Source: Methanobacteriota archaeon (GTDB lineage: Archaea > Thermoplasmatota > Thermoplasmata > RBG-16-68-12). From it: a stretch of DNA of 43,248 nucleotides. Positions 27,401 to 36,014 of the stretch are shown one piece after another (positions within the stretch are counted from its first letter, which is position 1; every line of letters begins with the position of its first letter). The stretch lies in NCBI GenBank assembly GCA_005879065.1, contig VBLU01000005.1, positions 1 through 43,248 of the forward strand, given 5' to 3'. Under the pieces are notes generated by a model. It ran no database searches, was not told the origin of the DNA, and saw nothing but the letters and a program-made list of their open reading frames with translations. A program made the translations under genes and the position numbers.

Positions 27401-29898
27401 TCCGAGACGCCTTGCAGGACGACGTTGTGGGCGAACGGCGAGGGCAGAGAAGCGAAGTCGCTCTCCGCCACCGTGATTTCCCCTGCCTCGATCCGCCCGA
27501 GGATTTCGCGGGCGTGGTCGAGGTCCATGACCTCGTGGAGGATCTCGTTGTACGTCTCCTTGACCACGGGGAAGTCGACGATCTCATGGAGCCAGTCGAG
27601 GACCCGCTGGGACCGGAGCTGCTGCCGTCCGATGGATACCTCGCGGCCCTTGTAGTTCCGGAGGATCATGAAGGACCGCGTGGCGCAGTGGCGGAAGCGC
27701 TGCTTGAACAACTCCGTGTTCCGGATCGCCCGGCGGAGGAGATCCTCGAGGTTCTTGCTCGTGACGAGCTTCGCGAGGCCTTTCAGCTCGATCCGCTTCG
27801 GGACCGTGATCATGAAGTTGTCGTCGGTCACGCTCACGCGGACGTTTGTCCGGTGAGTCTCCGTGACCGCGAAGGCAAAGGCACGGCTGAGCGCGTCGTT
27901 CACGCGCCGTCCGAAGGGGTAGTGGAAGATCACGTTCCGGTTTCCCTTCACGTCGATGTAGCCTTCGAGGAGGACACGCCGGTCCGTCGGGAGCTCCGGG
28001 ATCAGCGCCACTTGCTCTTGCACGTACGAAACGAGGGACTGCGCGGAGCCGGTGTCCGTGCGGTACTCCTGCTGGAGCCATTCCTTGGCGGCGGCCTCAC
28101 CGTCCTTCGCGATCTTGGCCGCGAGGTCGCGGCGGAATTCCCCGACCGCGATCGAGAGGTCGAAGGACCGCGGAAGCATTTCGCCGGTCCAAGAGGGGAC
28201 GGTCGGCTTGTGGCCGGAAGCATCCTTCACATACACGGAGGTCCCGCGGACCCGGACGAACTGGTACGTGCGCCCGCCGAGGACGAAGACGTCGCTCGGA
28301 CTCAGATACTCGACGAACTTCTCGCTCAGCTCCCCGAGCGGCGAGCCGCGTTCCGAGAAGACGTGGTAGGTCCCCTCCTCCGGAATCGTCCCGACATTCG
28401 TGTAGTAAATCATCCGGGTTCCTTTCTTCTTCCCGAAGCGCGCCTCTTCCTCGTCCAACCAGATCTTCGCGAACACCTTGATGTCCGGATTGCGGGAGGA
28501 CAGGTAGTCGAGCACGGCGAGGAAGTCCTTCTTCGTGAGATCGTGGAACGGGTACGATCGCCGCGCGAGTTCGAACGCTTCGTCGACGCCCCAGCGCTTC
28601 TCGAGGGACATCGCGACGAGCGCTTGGGCGAGCACGTCGAGCGGATTGTGAGGGATCTCCACCCGATCGATCCGGTTGTCGTAGGCGGCCTTCGCCAAGG
28701 TCGCGCATTCCATCAGGTCCCACGGTTCGAAGGCGATCATGCGGCCGGTCGCGGTCTCGCCATATGCATGGCCCGCCCGTCCGATTCGCTGGAGTCCCTT
28801 TGCGACGGACTTCGGCGAGCCGATCTGCACGACCAGGTCGATGTACCCAATGTCGATGCCGAGCTCGAGGGACGTCGAGGAGACGGCGGCTTTGAGCTTC
28901 CCCTCTTTGAGCTTCTGTTCGACGTCCAGACGAGTGACCTTCGACAAGGAGCCGTGGTGGGCCTCCAGGTCTTCCACGCCGCGTTCCTTGAGCCGGAACG
29001 AGACATGTTCCGTCCCGCTCCGCGTGTTCGTGAAGATGAGGGTCGTCCGGTGATCGTCGATCAGGCCGCTCAGGAGGTCGTACATCCGAGCGTTCGCGAC
29101 CTCCATCGGGACCGCGGTGATGTCGCGCACGGGACACAGGACCGCCAGATCGAGGGATTTCCGGGTGTCGACCTCGACGATGTGCATGTCGCGTACCTTG
29201 CCGTTCGCGAACCCGGCGAGGAACTTCGCCTCCTCTTCGATCGGGGCGATGGTCGCGCTCAGACCGATCCGGACGAAATCTTGCCCGGTCTGCTCCCGTA
29301 GGCGCTCCAAACAAATGGAGAGGAGGGACCCGCGTTTGGAAGAGCAGACCTCGTGAATCTCGTCGAGGATGACCCATTCGACCTTCGCGAAGTGCTCGCG
29401 GAACTTCGGCGTGCTCAGGATGATCGCAATGCTCTCCGGCGTCGTGATGAAAATGTGAGGCGGCCGACGGACCTGCTTCTGACGTTCCTGGGGCGACGTA
29501 TCCCCGGATCGGACACCGACCCGGACCAGCGGTTCGGGCTTGCCTTCCTTTCGGGAGAGCTCCGTGAGCTCCCGAAGCGGCTCCTCGAGGTTGCGGTTGA
29601 TGTCGTTCGCGAGCGCCTTCAAGGGCGACACGTATAGGCAGTAGATTCGGTCCTCGAGCTCGCCACGTAGCTGCTTGGCATACAGCTCGTTGATGATCGA
29701 CAGGAACGCCGTGAGGGTCTTACCGCTCCCCGTCGGCGAGGAGACGAGGACGCTCTTCCGGGCATGGATCAGGGGGACCGCGTAGGCCTGCGGCTCCGTG
29801 AGATCCTTGAACTTCGATTGGAACCAGTCCCGGACAAGGGGTTCCATCAGCCCTAGGACTTCGTCTTTGGTGGACGCGGTGCGGACCTTATGTAACAA
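24487..29898 (-). CDS. lhr: Large Lhr-family SF2 helicase with extended winged-helix/HTH_42-like C-terminus
   Basis: SPTGSGKT, SPLKAL, TTPES, DEIH, SAT, HHGSL, LELGIDIG and QRIGRAGH motifs; 1803 aa; TTG start after GAGGT. Confidence 0.95.
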   Translation of the reverse strand: MLHKVRTASTKDEVLGLMEPLVRDWFQSKFKDLTEPQAYAVPLIHARKSVLVSSPTGSGKTLTAFLSIINELYAKQLRGELEDRIYCLYVSPLKALANDINRNLEEPLRELTELSRKEGKPEPLVRVGVRSGDTSPQERQKQVRRPPHIFITTPESIAIILSTPKFREHFAKVEWVILDEIHEVCSSKRGSLLSICLERLREQTGQDFVRIGLSATIAPIEEEAKFLAGFANGKVRDMHIVEVDTRKSLDLAVLCPVRDITAVPMEVANARMYDLLSGLIDDHRTTLIFTNTRSGTEHVSFRLKERGVEDLEAHHGSLSKVTRLDVEQKLKEGKLKAAVSSTSLELGIDIGYIDLVVQIGSPKSVAKGLQRIGRAGHAYGETATGRMIAFEPWDLMECATLAKAAYDNRIDRVEIPHNPLDVLAQALVAMSLEKRWGVDEAFELARRSYPFHDLTKKDFLAVLDYLSSRNPDIKVFAKIWLDEEEARFGKKKGTRMIYYTNVGTIPEEGTYHVFSERGSPLGELSEKFVEYLSPSDVFVLGGRTYQFVRVRGTSVYVKDASGHKPTVPSWTGEMLPRSFDLSIAVGEFRRDLAAKIAKDGEAAAKEWLQQEYRTDTGSAQSLVSYVQEQVALIPELPTDRRVLLEGYIDVKGNRNVIFHYPFGRRVNDALSRAFAFAVTETHRTNVRVSVTDDNFMITVPKRIELKGLAKLVTSKNLEDLLRRAIRNTELFKQRFRHCATRSFMILRNYKGREVSIGRQQLRSQRVLDWLHEIVDFPVVKETYNEILHEVMDLDHAREILGRIEAGEITVAESDFASLPSPFAHNVVLQGVSDLVLMEDRSALLRELHRKVLERVMPSDQISSIQFQPGEIVEYFRRKLPKVARKEDILSYLDRVGDANLLQEKGRNVFDVATASFSDVRKWSGQLMDEGLIESVWTPQGIHWAPKDHVPNYVSVYAQRSRLKPPEEKVLSLLKEKPLTHKELLRKTKRQKDALNETLRKLERSYLVARRGVEETVYAAREPVRGPFEEALDKILTKRLDVDGPYSATELAVALGLEAELVEEVLRDLESEGVVSSGHFLVDKEFQFMLTRDLQRLQRKGETREVFDETQVKAFLLEKQFRKIETLDDFFDTFLEAGMVLDIWNHTTSFDYKEWTRRRSSGDILEGRFLNGRVRYVRAHDVPLFLSAFPRSPLTEFESKVLDVIRASEGIDIWGITSKLREEKERVKEALDKLDYDVYVIRKFQGDGWTARNLYTAFDPPAKEVKDAVESLVKRFLAAYGPVPFSGIREWARFEWDELERLVDRLEEQGLVTRILVTGKAEGEMYVLAQDLPALRKASGKAVSDPVRVLSLLDPWTQPLWAQVASRYGEGWFFPLVKDGDLVGMAEVWEMSGCIEVRELDLASPDLLKEAIDGLVRMMSFYALRGVDVLRVTRFQGKDVPEAEDLSAWKRAGFVRFSDFVAYGPIVPVDFEKSDLLAYTLHKQGIAAETRFADPIGAAKALGGLRSDFAARLRVKDFRPLDRLHRNGLLSKGLAIPEYWTYCSEDDLGLFKAAKGTRLTKDMKTVLKLIEEEGPISRQRFLVLSDLSRPSTATALRNLYEGLHVTRDADNRYRLVPDLKIGRDEARREVLRRIIRSLGVTSAESLAAYTRFEYNMGETRQRLREFEREGWLTKGFLARGERTVMWILKDDIDRIGQLGFRRKFVLTPMDNLFLYLREAIVAKFHMGYCYVVFDGPEMVAAFKARRRKWQLMVTEFQGDPAARRIVDLWESENELAVEEQVDRISDHEVMEWYAKMYSRGAGDK

Positions 29899-29984
29899 GC
29901 CTGAGACCTCGCGTGGGGACGGAAATCACGGGGCATAGGAAGGGGTCCTAAAAGAGTTTGCGGGGTTGGAATCCAGTCATCGCC

Positions 29985-30070
29985 CCAACTCGACTATTTC
30001 ACCTCGATCAACGAGGTGGGAAAATAGTGAGGGGAACCGCGGTTCGGCCCCGCGAGTCCCCCTTAGTTGG
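29985..30070 (-). other. Structured intergenic element (three-way junction: closing stem plus two hairpins)
   Basis: Closing stem CCAACT/AGTTGG; hairpin ACTATTT..CACCTCG/CGAGGTG..AAATAGT; hairpin AGGGGGAC.CGCGG/CCGCG.GTTCCCCT. G-U pairs favour the minus strand. Confidence 0.55.
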
Positions 30071-30075
30071 AAGGC

Positions 30076-31062
30076 TCACGCCTCGAGGTGCTTGACCAGC
30101 TTGTCGAACATTTCGTTCCAGCCCTGCGTGGCCCCTTCGAGATCCGGTCCCGCCGGCATCCCTGCGTGCTGCAGTGTGACTTTCGTCTGGCCCTTCTCTT
30201 TCTCGAAAGTCAACGTGACGAGCATTTCCAGCGGGAGGTCCGCGCTCATGCCGTAGTACGTCGCCGGCACCACGTTCCCCTTCTCGTCCGCAAAGCTGTC
30301 CGTGTAGACAATCCGCTTCCCGGGGACGATTTCGCGGTATACACCGGTGCCCCAGTAGTCCTTGCCCTCGGGCGACCGCATGCAGTACCGGAAGACGCCT
30401 CCGACCCGCAGGTCGACGGAGATGAAGGGGGCTGTGAATCCTTTCGGGCCCCACCACTGCTTCATCTCACGCGGGTCCGTGAGGGCTTTCCACACGCGCT
30501 CGGGCGGTGCGTCGAAGATCCTCGTGATGACGAGCTCGTTCTTCTGAGCACGACCTCTCGCTTGCTCTTTCTTCGGCCGCGCGTCGCTCTTCTTCGGTTC
30601 CTCCACCAATTCGGCGAAGCGCTCGATCGTCTCGCGGGCCCCTTCCTCCATCCCGGAGGCGAGCATCCCCTCGAGGTCCTCGACCGTCGCGAAGACGGAC
30701 CTCTGCGTGACCTTCGTCTTGCCCCGGATCTCCTCGAACACGGCGCTCTCGACGAGGACATGTCCCGGCATCCCCTCGAATTCGAAGGTTTCGACGATTC
30801 GTTCGAAAGGCACGACTTCCCGGTATTCCCCGTGGAAACCGAACTCGTTCCCCTCGGCGTCCCGCTGGACGAATCGCCAGGTCCCGCCAGGTCGGACGTC
30901 CATCTTCTCCACGACCGTGGTGTATTTCCTCGGCCCCCACCAACGAGGGATCAGCTTCGGATTCGTCCACGCCTTCCACACCAGCTCGCGAGGCGCATCG
31001 AAGACGTGCGTGCTCACGAGCTCTCGTTTCGACGTTCTCTCAGGTTTACCTATTGTGGGCAT
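30076..31062 (-). CDS. Tandem SRPBCC/AHSA1-like (START-fold) domain protein
   Basis: Two copies of the pattern FDAP.E.VWKA.T.P....WWGP...D.R.GG...G.YRE.VP..RIV.T. Confidence 0.93.
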   Translation of the reverse strand: MPTIGKPERTSKRELVSTHVFDAPRELVWKAWTNPKLIPRWWGPRKYTTVVEKMDVRPGGTWRFVQRDAEGNEFGFHGEYREVVPFERIVETFEFEGMPGHVLVESAVFEEIRGKTKVTQRSVFATVEDLEGMLASGMEEGARETIERFAELVEEPKKSDARPKKEQARGRAQKNELVITRIFDAPPERVWKALTDPREMKQWWGPKGFTAPFISVDLRVGGVFRYCMRSPEGKDYWGTGVYREIVPGKRIVYTDSFADEKGNVVPATYYGMSADLPLEMLVTLTFEKEKGQTKVTLQHAGMPAGPDLEGATQGWNEMFDKLVKHLEA

Positions 31063-31423
31063 GTTTTCGTTCCTCCTTTCGTTCTTTCTTGCGGGTTTCC
31101 TCCAAGTGTTCGGCCAACCGAGCGAAACGGTCCTCCCATAGGACGCGGTAGCGCGTCAGCCAACCGAACGCCGCGCTGAGCGGCGCAGCGTCGATCTGGC
31201 AACGGCGCACGCGTCCGTCCGGCTCTTCCTTCAACAGTCCCGCCGCCTCGAGGACGCGAAGGTGTCTCGAGATGGCCGGAAGGCTGACGCCATGAGGCCG
31301 GGCTAGCTCGCTGACCGTGGCGTCACCTCCGGCGAGTCGCTCGAGCATCGCGCGCCGGATCGGATGGGACAGAGCCGCGAAGATCGCATCGAGGTCCAAG
31401 GCGACCGTTTCTCGTTTAACCAT
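31046..31423 (-). CDS. ArsR/SmtB family transcriptional regulator
   Basis: LDAIFAALSHPIRRAML...SLPAISRHLRVLEAAGL...GRVR; overlaps the SRPBCC start. Confidence 0.95.
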   Translation of the reverse strand: MVKRETVALDLDAIFAALSHPIRRAMLERLAGGDATVSELARPHGVSLPAISRHLRVLEAAGLLKEEPDGRVRRCQIDAAPLSAAFGWLTRYRVLWEDRFARLAEHLEETRKKERKEERKHAHNR

Positions 31424-31467
31424 CTGGTTAATCGATAAGCAGGGTCAATATTTAACCTTTTTGTTAA
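31416..31467. promoter_or_regulatory. Two palindromic ArsR operator sites (TTAACC-N4-GGTTAA)
   Basis: TTAACCATCTGGTTAA at 31416-31431 covers the arsR start codon; TTAACCTTTTTGTTAA at 31452-31467 lies at the promoter. Confidence 0.75.
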
Positions 31468-31479
31468 GTATTCGGACCT

Positions 31480-32214
31480 TCACGCCACAGGCCGCGGTAC
31501 GGAGGCCAATGCGACGCGGTAGCCCGCCTCGCCGTGGAGCGATAGCCCCGACATGTTCTCGAGGAGCACACCGTGACCAGGCTCGAGGCCGTGGTTCTCG
31601 ACCGATCCAATCCCGCTGAGCACGTACGCGATGCCTCGTCGGTCCCGGCCCACTCGGAGAAACGCCGTGGCTTCTTTCGCGAACCCGATGTCGATGAGCT
31701 CGAGACCGGACGAAGTGCGGGCAGGTCCGTTCGATCCGACGAGAGACGTGCGGACCGTCCCGTCCGAGCCCACAGGTGGGCGACTCGCCGTCAGGATCTG
31801 GAGCGAGGTCGAGGGAGCTTCGGTCGTCACAGGCAGGCGCACGACGATGGAAAGCCATCGGGCTGTTCGCCCTCGTTCCATCCGTAGCGCGTGCTGGACC
31901 TCGTTTCGCGCCGTGAGGACGAGGAGCGATCCTTCCGTCAGGCTCGTATGAGTCCCCGAGCCGTCTTCATGATCGATGTATCCTTCGAGGACGTACTGGA
32001 TGACTTCCTCTCCGTGATGCGGGTGCATCTCGCCTTTCCTTCGCGAGGTCGCCATGCTCTCCGCGAAGCGCTGGAACGGGAGAAAGGGTTGCTCGTCGCG
32101 GGTCGGGAACAGGAGGTGGGCCGTCGTGTCGGAGGCATCAATTTCCCCATGGACAATCGTCAGTTCCCGAGGCTCTCTAGCTGGTGTCAGGGGACCCTCT
32201 CCACCATCTGTCAC
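31480..32214 (-). CDS. Pirin family bicupin
   Basis: HPHHGEEVIQYVLEGYIDHEDGSG motif and a later QH; GTG start. Confidence 0.85.
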   Translation of the reverse strand: MTDGGEGPLTPAREPRELTIVHGEIDASDTTAHLLFPTRDEQPFLPFQRFAESMATSRRKGEMHPHHGEEVIQYVLEGYIDHEDGSGTHTSLTEGSLLVLTARNEVQHALRMERGRTARWLSIVVRLPVTTEAPSTSLQILTASRPPVGSDGTVRTSLVGSNGPARTSSGLELIDIGFAKEATAFLRVGRDRRGIAYVLSGIGSVENHGLEPGHGVLLENMSGLSLHGEAGYRVALASVPRPVA

Positions 32215-32268
32215 TTGATCGAGAAGGGTCAGGCGGGCGTTAGATATAGGTTCTCGGTCGTCCGCCCC

Positions 32269-32790
32269 TCAGGGGAAGGATCCATCCGGATCGTACGGAT
32301 CATAAGCGATCCATCTCGTCCAGAACCACATTCGAACCACGGCCATCGCAACCCACGTGAGCACGAGACCGGCTGCGTAAAGTCCGAGGTCTGAATAGCC
32401 ACCGAGGCTCGACCGGATCCTGGCCGCTGCTCCCACGACAAGGAAGACTACCGTAGAAGCCCCCAAGATGAACGAGGCGAGGACCTCGGCTTCCAGGTGG
32501 CTTGGTGCCATGTGACCCGGCATTTTCTCTGGCCGAGGCGGGTAGAGGATTTCGTGTTTCTGCGCCTTCTTGCGGACCCGGTGCACATGGAGATAAGGAG
32601 GGATGAGCAGGGCCACAACGACCGCGGTCACCAAAAAGAAGCCCGGAGCGCCCAGGAAGAAACGGGCCACGGAAGCGAAGACCACGTAAGCGAACGCGCC
32701 CATGGCTAGCAGGACGAGGAGCAAGCCGATGCTTCGCGGCTTTCGCTTTGTGACGAGGGCCACGGCATTCCCATGACTCTCGCCGCTCAA
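32269..32790 (-). CDS. Hypothetical four-TM membrane protein
   Basis: Four hydrophobic segments; fills the gap between thiolase and pirin on the same strand. Confidence 0.7.
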   Translation of the reverse strand: MSGESHGNAVALVTKRKPRSIGLLLVLLAMGAFAYVVFASVARFFLGAPGFFLVTAVVVALLIPPYLHVHRVRKKAQKHEILYPPRPEKMPGHMAPSHLEAEVLASFILGASTVVFLVVGAAARIRSSLGGYSDLGLYAAGLVLTWVAMAVVRMWFWTRWIAYDPYDPDGSFP

Positions 32791-32818
32791 AGGCCTTCCG
32801 ACGGAACGCCTTCAGCGC

Positions 32819-33988
32819 TCACGGACGCTCGATGATCATCGAGACCGCATTGCCACCGCCCAGACAGAGGGTCGCGAGACCGCGCTTGGCGCCGCGGTCC
32901 TTCATCGCGTAGGCGAGCGTCGTGAGGACGCGGGCGCCGCTGCAGCCAATCGGATGCCCGAGGGCCACTGCCCCGCCGTTCACGTTGAATTTCTCGTACG
33001 GAATCCCGAGCTCGCGCATCACCGTGACGCTTGCGGCGGCATACGCCTCGTTGTGTTCGAACAAGTCGATGTCGTCGACCGAGAGGCCGGTCTTCTTCAG
33101 GAGTTTCCGGACGCCGGCGATCGGCGCCTCCATGACCAGCTCCGGCTTCACCCCGACCGTGCCATAGTCGACGATGCGCGCGAGCGGCGTCACGCCGTGC
33201 CGGTCGGCGGCCTTCTCGGACATGACGACCATCGCCGCGGCGCCGTCGCTCAGCTGGGACGCGTTCCCCGCGGTCACCTGGCCGCCCTCCCGGAAAACGG
33301 GAGGTAGCTTCGCCAGCTTCTCCATCGATGTATCCGTGCGAATCCCCTCGTCGATCTCGACCCGACCCGCGCCGGGCACGTCGACGGGGAGGATCTGCTC
33401 CTTGAATCGCCCCTCCTGCGTGGCCGAGGCCGCGCGTCGCTGGCTCTCCAAAGCGAAACGGTCCATCTCCTCGCGCGTGACGTGGAATTTCTCCGCCACG
33501 ATTTCGCCGGTGATCCCCATGTGGTACTGGTTGTAGGCGTCCCAGAGGCCGTCATTCACCATCGCGTCGAGGAACGGCACGTTGTTGATCCCAATCCCCC
33601 AGCGGGCCTCTTTCACCAGATACGGCGCGCGGCTCATCGACTCCATGCCGCCCGCGAGCAAGACCTCCGCGGACCCAGCACGAATCATGTCGGACGCGAA
33701 CATGACCGTCTGGAGCCCGGACCCGCATACCTTGTTCACCGTCACCGCGCCGACGCGGTCCGGAAGGCCACCGAAGAGCGCCGCCTGCCGCGCCGGGTTC
33801 TGGCCGAGGCCCGCGGCGATCACGTTACCCATGAGGACTTCCTCGATGTCCGCCGGCACGAGGCCCGACCGATTCACCGCTTCCGCGACCGCGAGGCTCC
33901 CGAGGCGGACCGCCTCGACGTTGCGGAACGCGCGTCCGTACTTGCCCACCGGAGTGCGGCAGGCACCCGCCAGAATCACATCCGTCAG
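32819..33988 (-). CDS. Acetyl-CoA C-acetyltransferase (thiolase)
   Basis: RTPVG, NKVCGSG, AGGMESMS, NEAYA, GHPIGCSG and CLGGG motifs. Start placed at CTG 33988 (SD GGGGGT upstream); the ORF track start is 34015. Confidence 0.95.
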   Translation of the reverse strand: MTDVILAGACRTPVGKYGRAFRNVEAVRLGSLAVAEAVNRSGLVPADIEEVLMGNVIAAGLGQNPARQAALFGGLPDRVGAVTVNKVCGSGLQTVMFASDMIRAGSAEVLLAGGMESMSRAPYLVKEARWGIGINNVPFLDAMVNDGLWDAYNQYHMGITGEIVAEKFHVTREEMDRFALESQRRAASATQEGRFKEQILPVDVPGAGRVEIDEGIRTDTSMEKLAKLPPVFREGGQVTAGNASQLSDGAAAMVVMSEKAADRHGVTPLARIVDYGTVGVKPELVMEAPIAGVRKLLKKTGLSVDDIDLFEHNEAYAAASVTVMRELGIPYEKFNVNGGAVALGHPIGCSGARVLTTLAYAMKDRGAKRGLATLCLGGGNAVSMIIERP

Positions 33989-34030
33989 CGCAGAAACCCC
34001 CGCGACGGATGTCAAGAGGATGCCGCGGTA

Positions 34031-34987
34031 TTAAGCTGTTGTCCGGTGGCTGCGGAACCACTCCAGGGTCCGCGGCACACCGTCCTCGTAGGGCGTCGCG
34101 GGAGGCCGGCTTCCTGTGAGCGACCGATAGAGCGTTCCATCCAGGAGAATCGGATCTTCGAAGAGATAGGCCATCTCGTATGCGGCGCGGGCCATCGGGT
34201 TGAAGAGCCCGACCAGGCGGTACATCCCGCGCCCGAAGACCCGAACGGTGGGCTCGCCCGACCCGGCGGCCCTGTAGACGAGTCGAATGAAGTCCCTTGA
34301 CACGATCGGACCTGGACCTGGGACGTGGACCGCCCGGCCGTGCGCCGCGGGCGTCCCGAGGAGTTTCAGCATCGCTTCGGCCGCGTCGTCGTTGAGAATG
34401 AATTCGTGGAGCGCGTCGGCATCGAGCGGCCATCGGCACGGCCTCCCGGTGAGCGCGCCTTCGAAGACGGGGCGGACGTCGTCATGCATCCCGCCGGGGC
34501 CATAGACGTCCGGGTATCGCGGGAGGACGAGGTCCACGCGTCCGTCCTGATGGGCCTGGAGCAACCTCCTTTCAACGGCCAGCCGAACCCGTCCTTTCAC
34601 CGTGTGCGGTTCCTGCGGATGATCTTCCGTGACGAACCGAGATCGAGGCCGGCCGTAGACGTACACGTTGCCCGGAAAAACCAGGGTCGCGCCCGTGGCT
34701 GCCGCGGCCGCGAACGCGTTGTCTGCGAGAAGCGGGACCACCCTAGGCCATTCAGGGTACGGGACCGACGCCGCATGGACGACCACCTCCATGCGGCGGA
34801 CCGCATCGACAACGGATTCCCGCGAGCGAAGGTCCGCGGCGATCACCTCGGTCCCCGCGGGGAATCCGGCCACCCCACCGCCCGGACGGACGATGGCGCG
34901 GACGTGGTGGCCCGCGAGGATGGCTCGGCGCACGACAGCCCCTCCGATCAGTCCCCTCGCGCCGAGGACCGCAACCCGCATGCACAT
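34031..34987 (-). CDS. NAD-dependent epimerase/dehydratase (extended SDR)
   Basis: VAVLGARGLIG Rossmann motif, PGNVYVYG, KG..R...E and TPYEDGV..TLEW. Confidence 0.9.
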   Translation of the reverse strand: MCMRVAVLGARGLIGGAVVRRAILAGHHVRAIVRPGGGVAGFPAGTEVIAADLRSRESVVDAVRRMEVVVHAASVPYPEWPRVVPLLADNAFAAAAATGATLVFPGNVYVYGRPRSRFVTEDHPQEPHTVKGRVRLAVERRLLQAHQDGRVDLVLPRYPDVYGPGGMHDDVRPVFEGALTGRPCRWPLDADALHEFILNDDAAEAMLKLLGTPAAHGRAVHVPGPGPIVSRDFIRLVYRAAGSGEPTVRVFGRGMYRLVGLFNPMARAAYEMAYLFEDPILLDGTLYRSLTGSRPPATPYEDGVPRTLEWFRSHRTTA

Positions 34988-35131
34988 CGGACCATCGCGG
35001 CCACTGAAAAGGATGACGCCTTCGAAGGGGCGAACCGCCTACGTGCACGATGCATGCACGAGCCCGGCTTATGCCGCCCCTGCGACCGTCGCCGAAAGGC
35101 CCGCTTCGGTGAGGCGGGCGAGGTGTGATCG

Positions 35132-35932
35132 ATGAGAACCGGAATCAAACTGGGGCCGCGTGCGGCCGCCTTCGTGGCGGTCTTGATCGCGGCGAGCGCG
35201 GTGGGCATCCTGACGCCCACGCTGAGCAACACGGTGTCGAAGGACGTGCAGGTGACAGGCTTCGCGGTCACCCTGACGGTCGACGGGATCCCGGATTCCG
35301 TGGCCCCGGGGGGCGTGTTCCGCGTCATCGCGACGCTGGCGAACAACGCGAACCGGCCCGTTCCCGCGGTCCTGCGGATGGAAGTCCGCAATCCGAACAA
35401 CACGGTGCCGGATGAGTTGACCGTCTATTCCCAATGCGGCGCGGAGGAAGTCGTCTCGGGAACGCGGCTGATCTACTACATAGGCTGGCACGGGCCCCTC
35501 CTCGCTCCGAAGGGAGTCTCCTTCGCGGCGGGCGTGGACCTCGCGACCGTTTCGTCGGCCATCGGATCCGCCGAATACTGGCCCTCCGTCCTCCACGAAA
35601 TCCAGGACCGAGATCCCGCGGGGTACGAGTCCCTCGTGGCTCCTGGGTTGAACTCGTCCGTGGGAGTTCGGAATTCAGGCTCGTCCCTCCTGAAGACACT
35701 GAACTACTACGGCATGGTCGGCTCCGGGAACCCGGCGAGCTCGAACCTGGCCGACTGGACGCTCACGACCGTTTTCTCCGAACGGTTCGTGGCCTTCGGA
35801 GGACCGTCGCAAGACGGGTTCCTCGTGGAAGTGAATCCCCAATCCCGCGGGAGCTTCCAGTTCAAGCTCTGGGCCGAGCGACCGGACGTCCTCGGGATCC
35901 CGCACCACCCGTACACCTGTGGGCCGCTCTGA
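35132..35932 (+). CDS. Hypothetical exported/membrane-anchored protein
   Basis: GAGGTG SD, basic N-terminus plus hydrophobic helix, beta-rich region after it, two Cys, and GC3-rich codons. Confidence 0.75.
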   Translation: MRTGIKLGPRAAAFVAVLIAASAVGILTPTLSNTVSKDVQVTGFAVTLTVDGIPDSVAPGGVFRVIATLANNANRPVPAVLRMEVRNPNNTVPDELTVYSQCGAEEVVSGTRLIYYIGWHGPLLAPKGVSFAAGVDLATVSSAIGSAEYWPSVLHEIQDRDPAGYESLVAPGLNSSVGVRNSGSSLLKTLNYYGMVGSGNPASSNLADWTLTTVFSERFVAFGGPSQDGFLVEVNPQSRGSFQFKLWAERPDVLGIPHHPYTCGPL

Positions 35933-35945
35933 ACCGCGGCCCGTC

Positions 35946-35974
35946 TCTTTTTTTATTCTCACGAATAAATAGAA
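35946..35974 (+). terminator. Oligo-T terminator with short TTATTC/GAATAA hairpin
   Basis: T7 run at 35948-35954, 15 nt after the stop, in an AT-rich patch. Confidence 0.55.
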
Positions 35975-36014
35975 ATGGCCATAACTTGATTTCGCGGATG
36001 GGGATGACCGCCCC

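Noticed and set aside
24313-29301. Long plus-strand ORFs (797 aa, 780 aa) and similar antisense ORFs across the window
   Set aside because: Shadow frames of real genes, expected in high-GC sequence; no recognisable motifs.
29985-30070. Hammerhead ribozyme or tRNA identity for the Y-shaped element
   Set aside because: No CUGANGA/GAAA core at the junction and no T-loop or cloverleaf; kept only as an unclassified structure.
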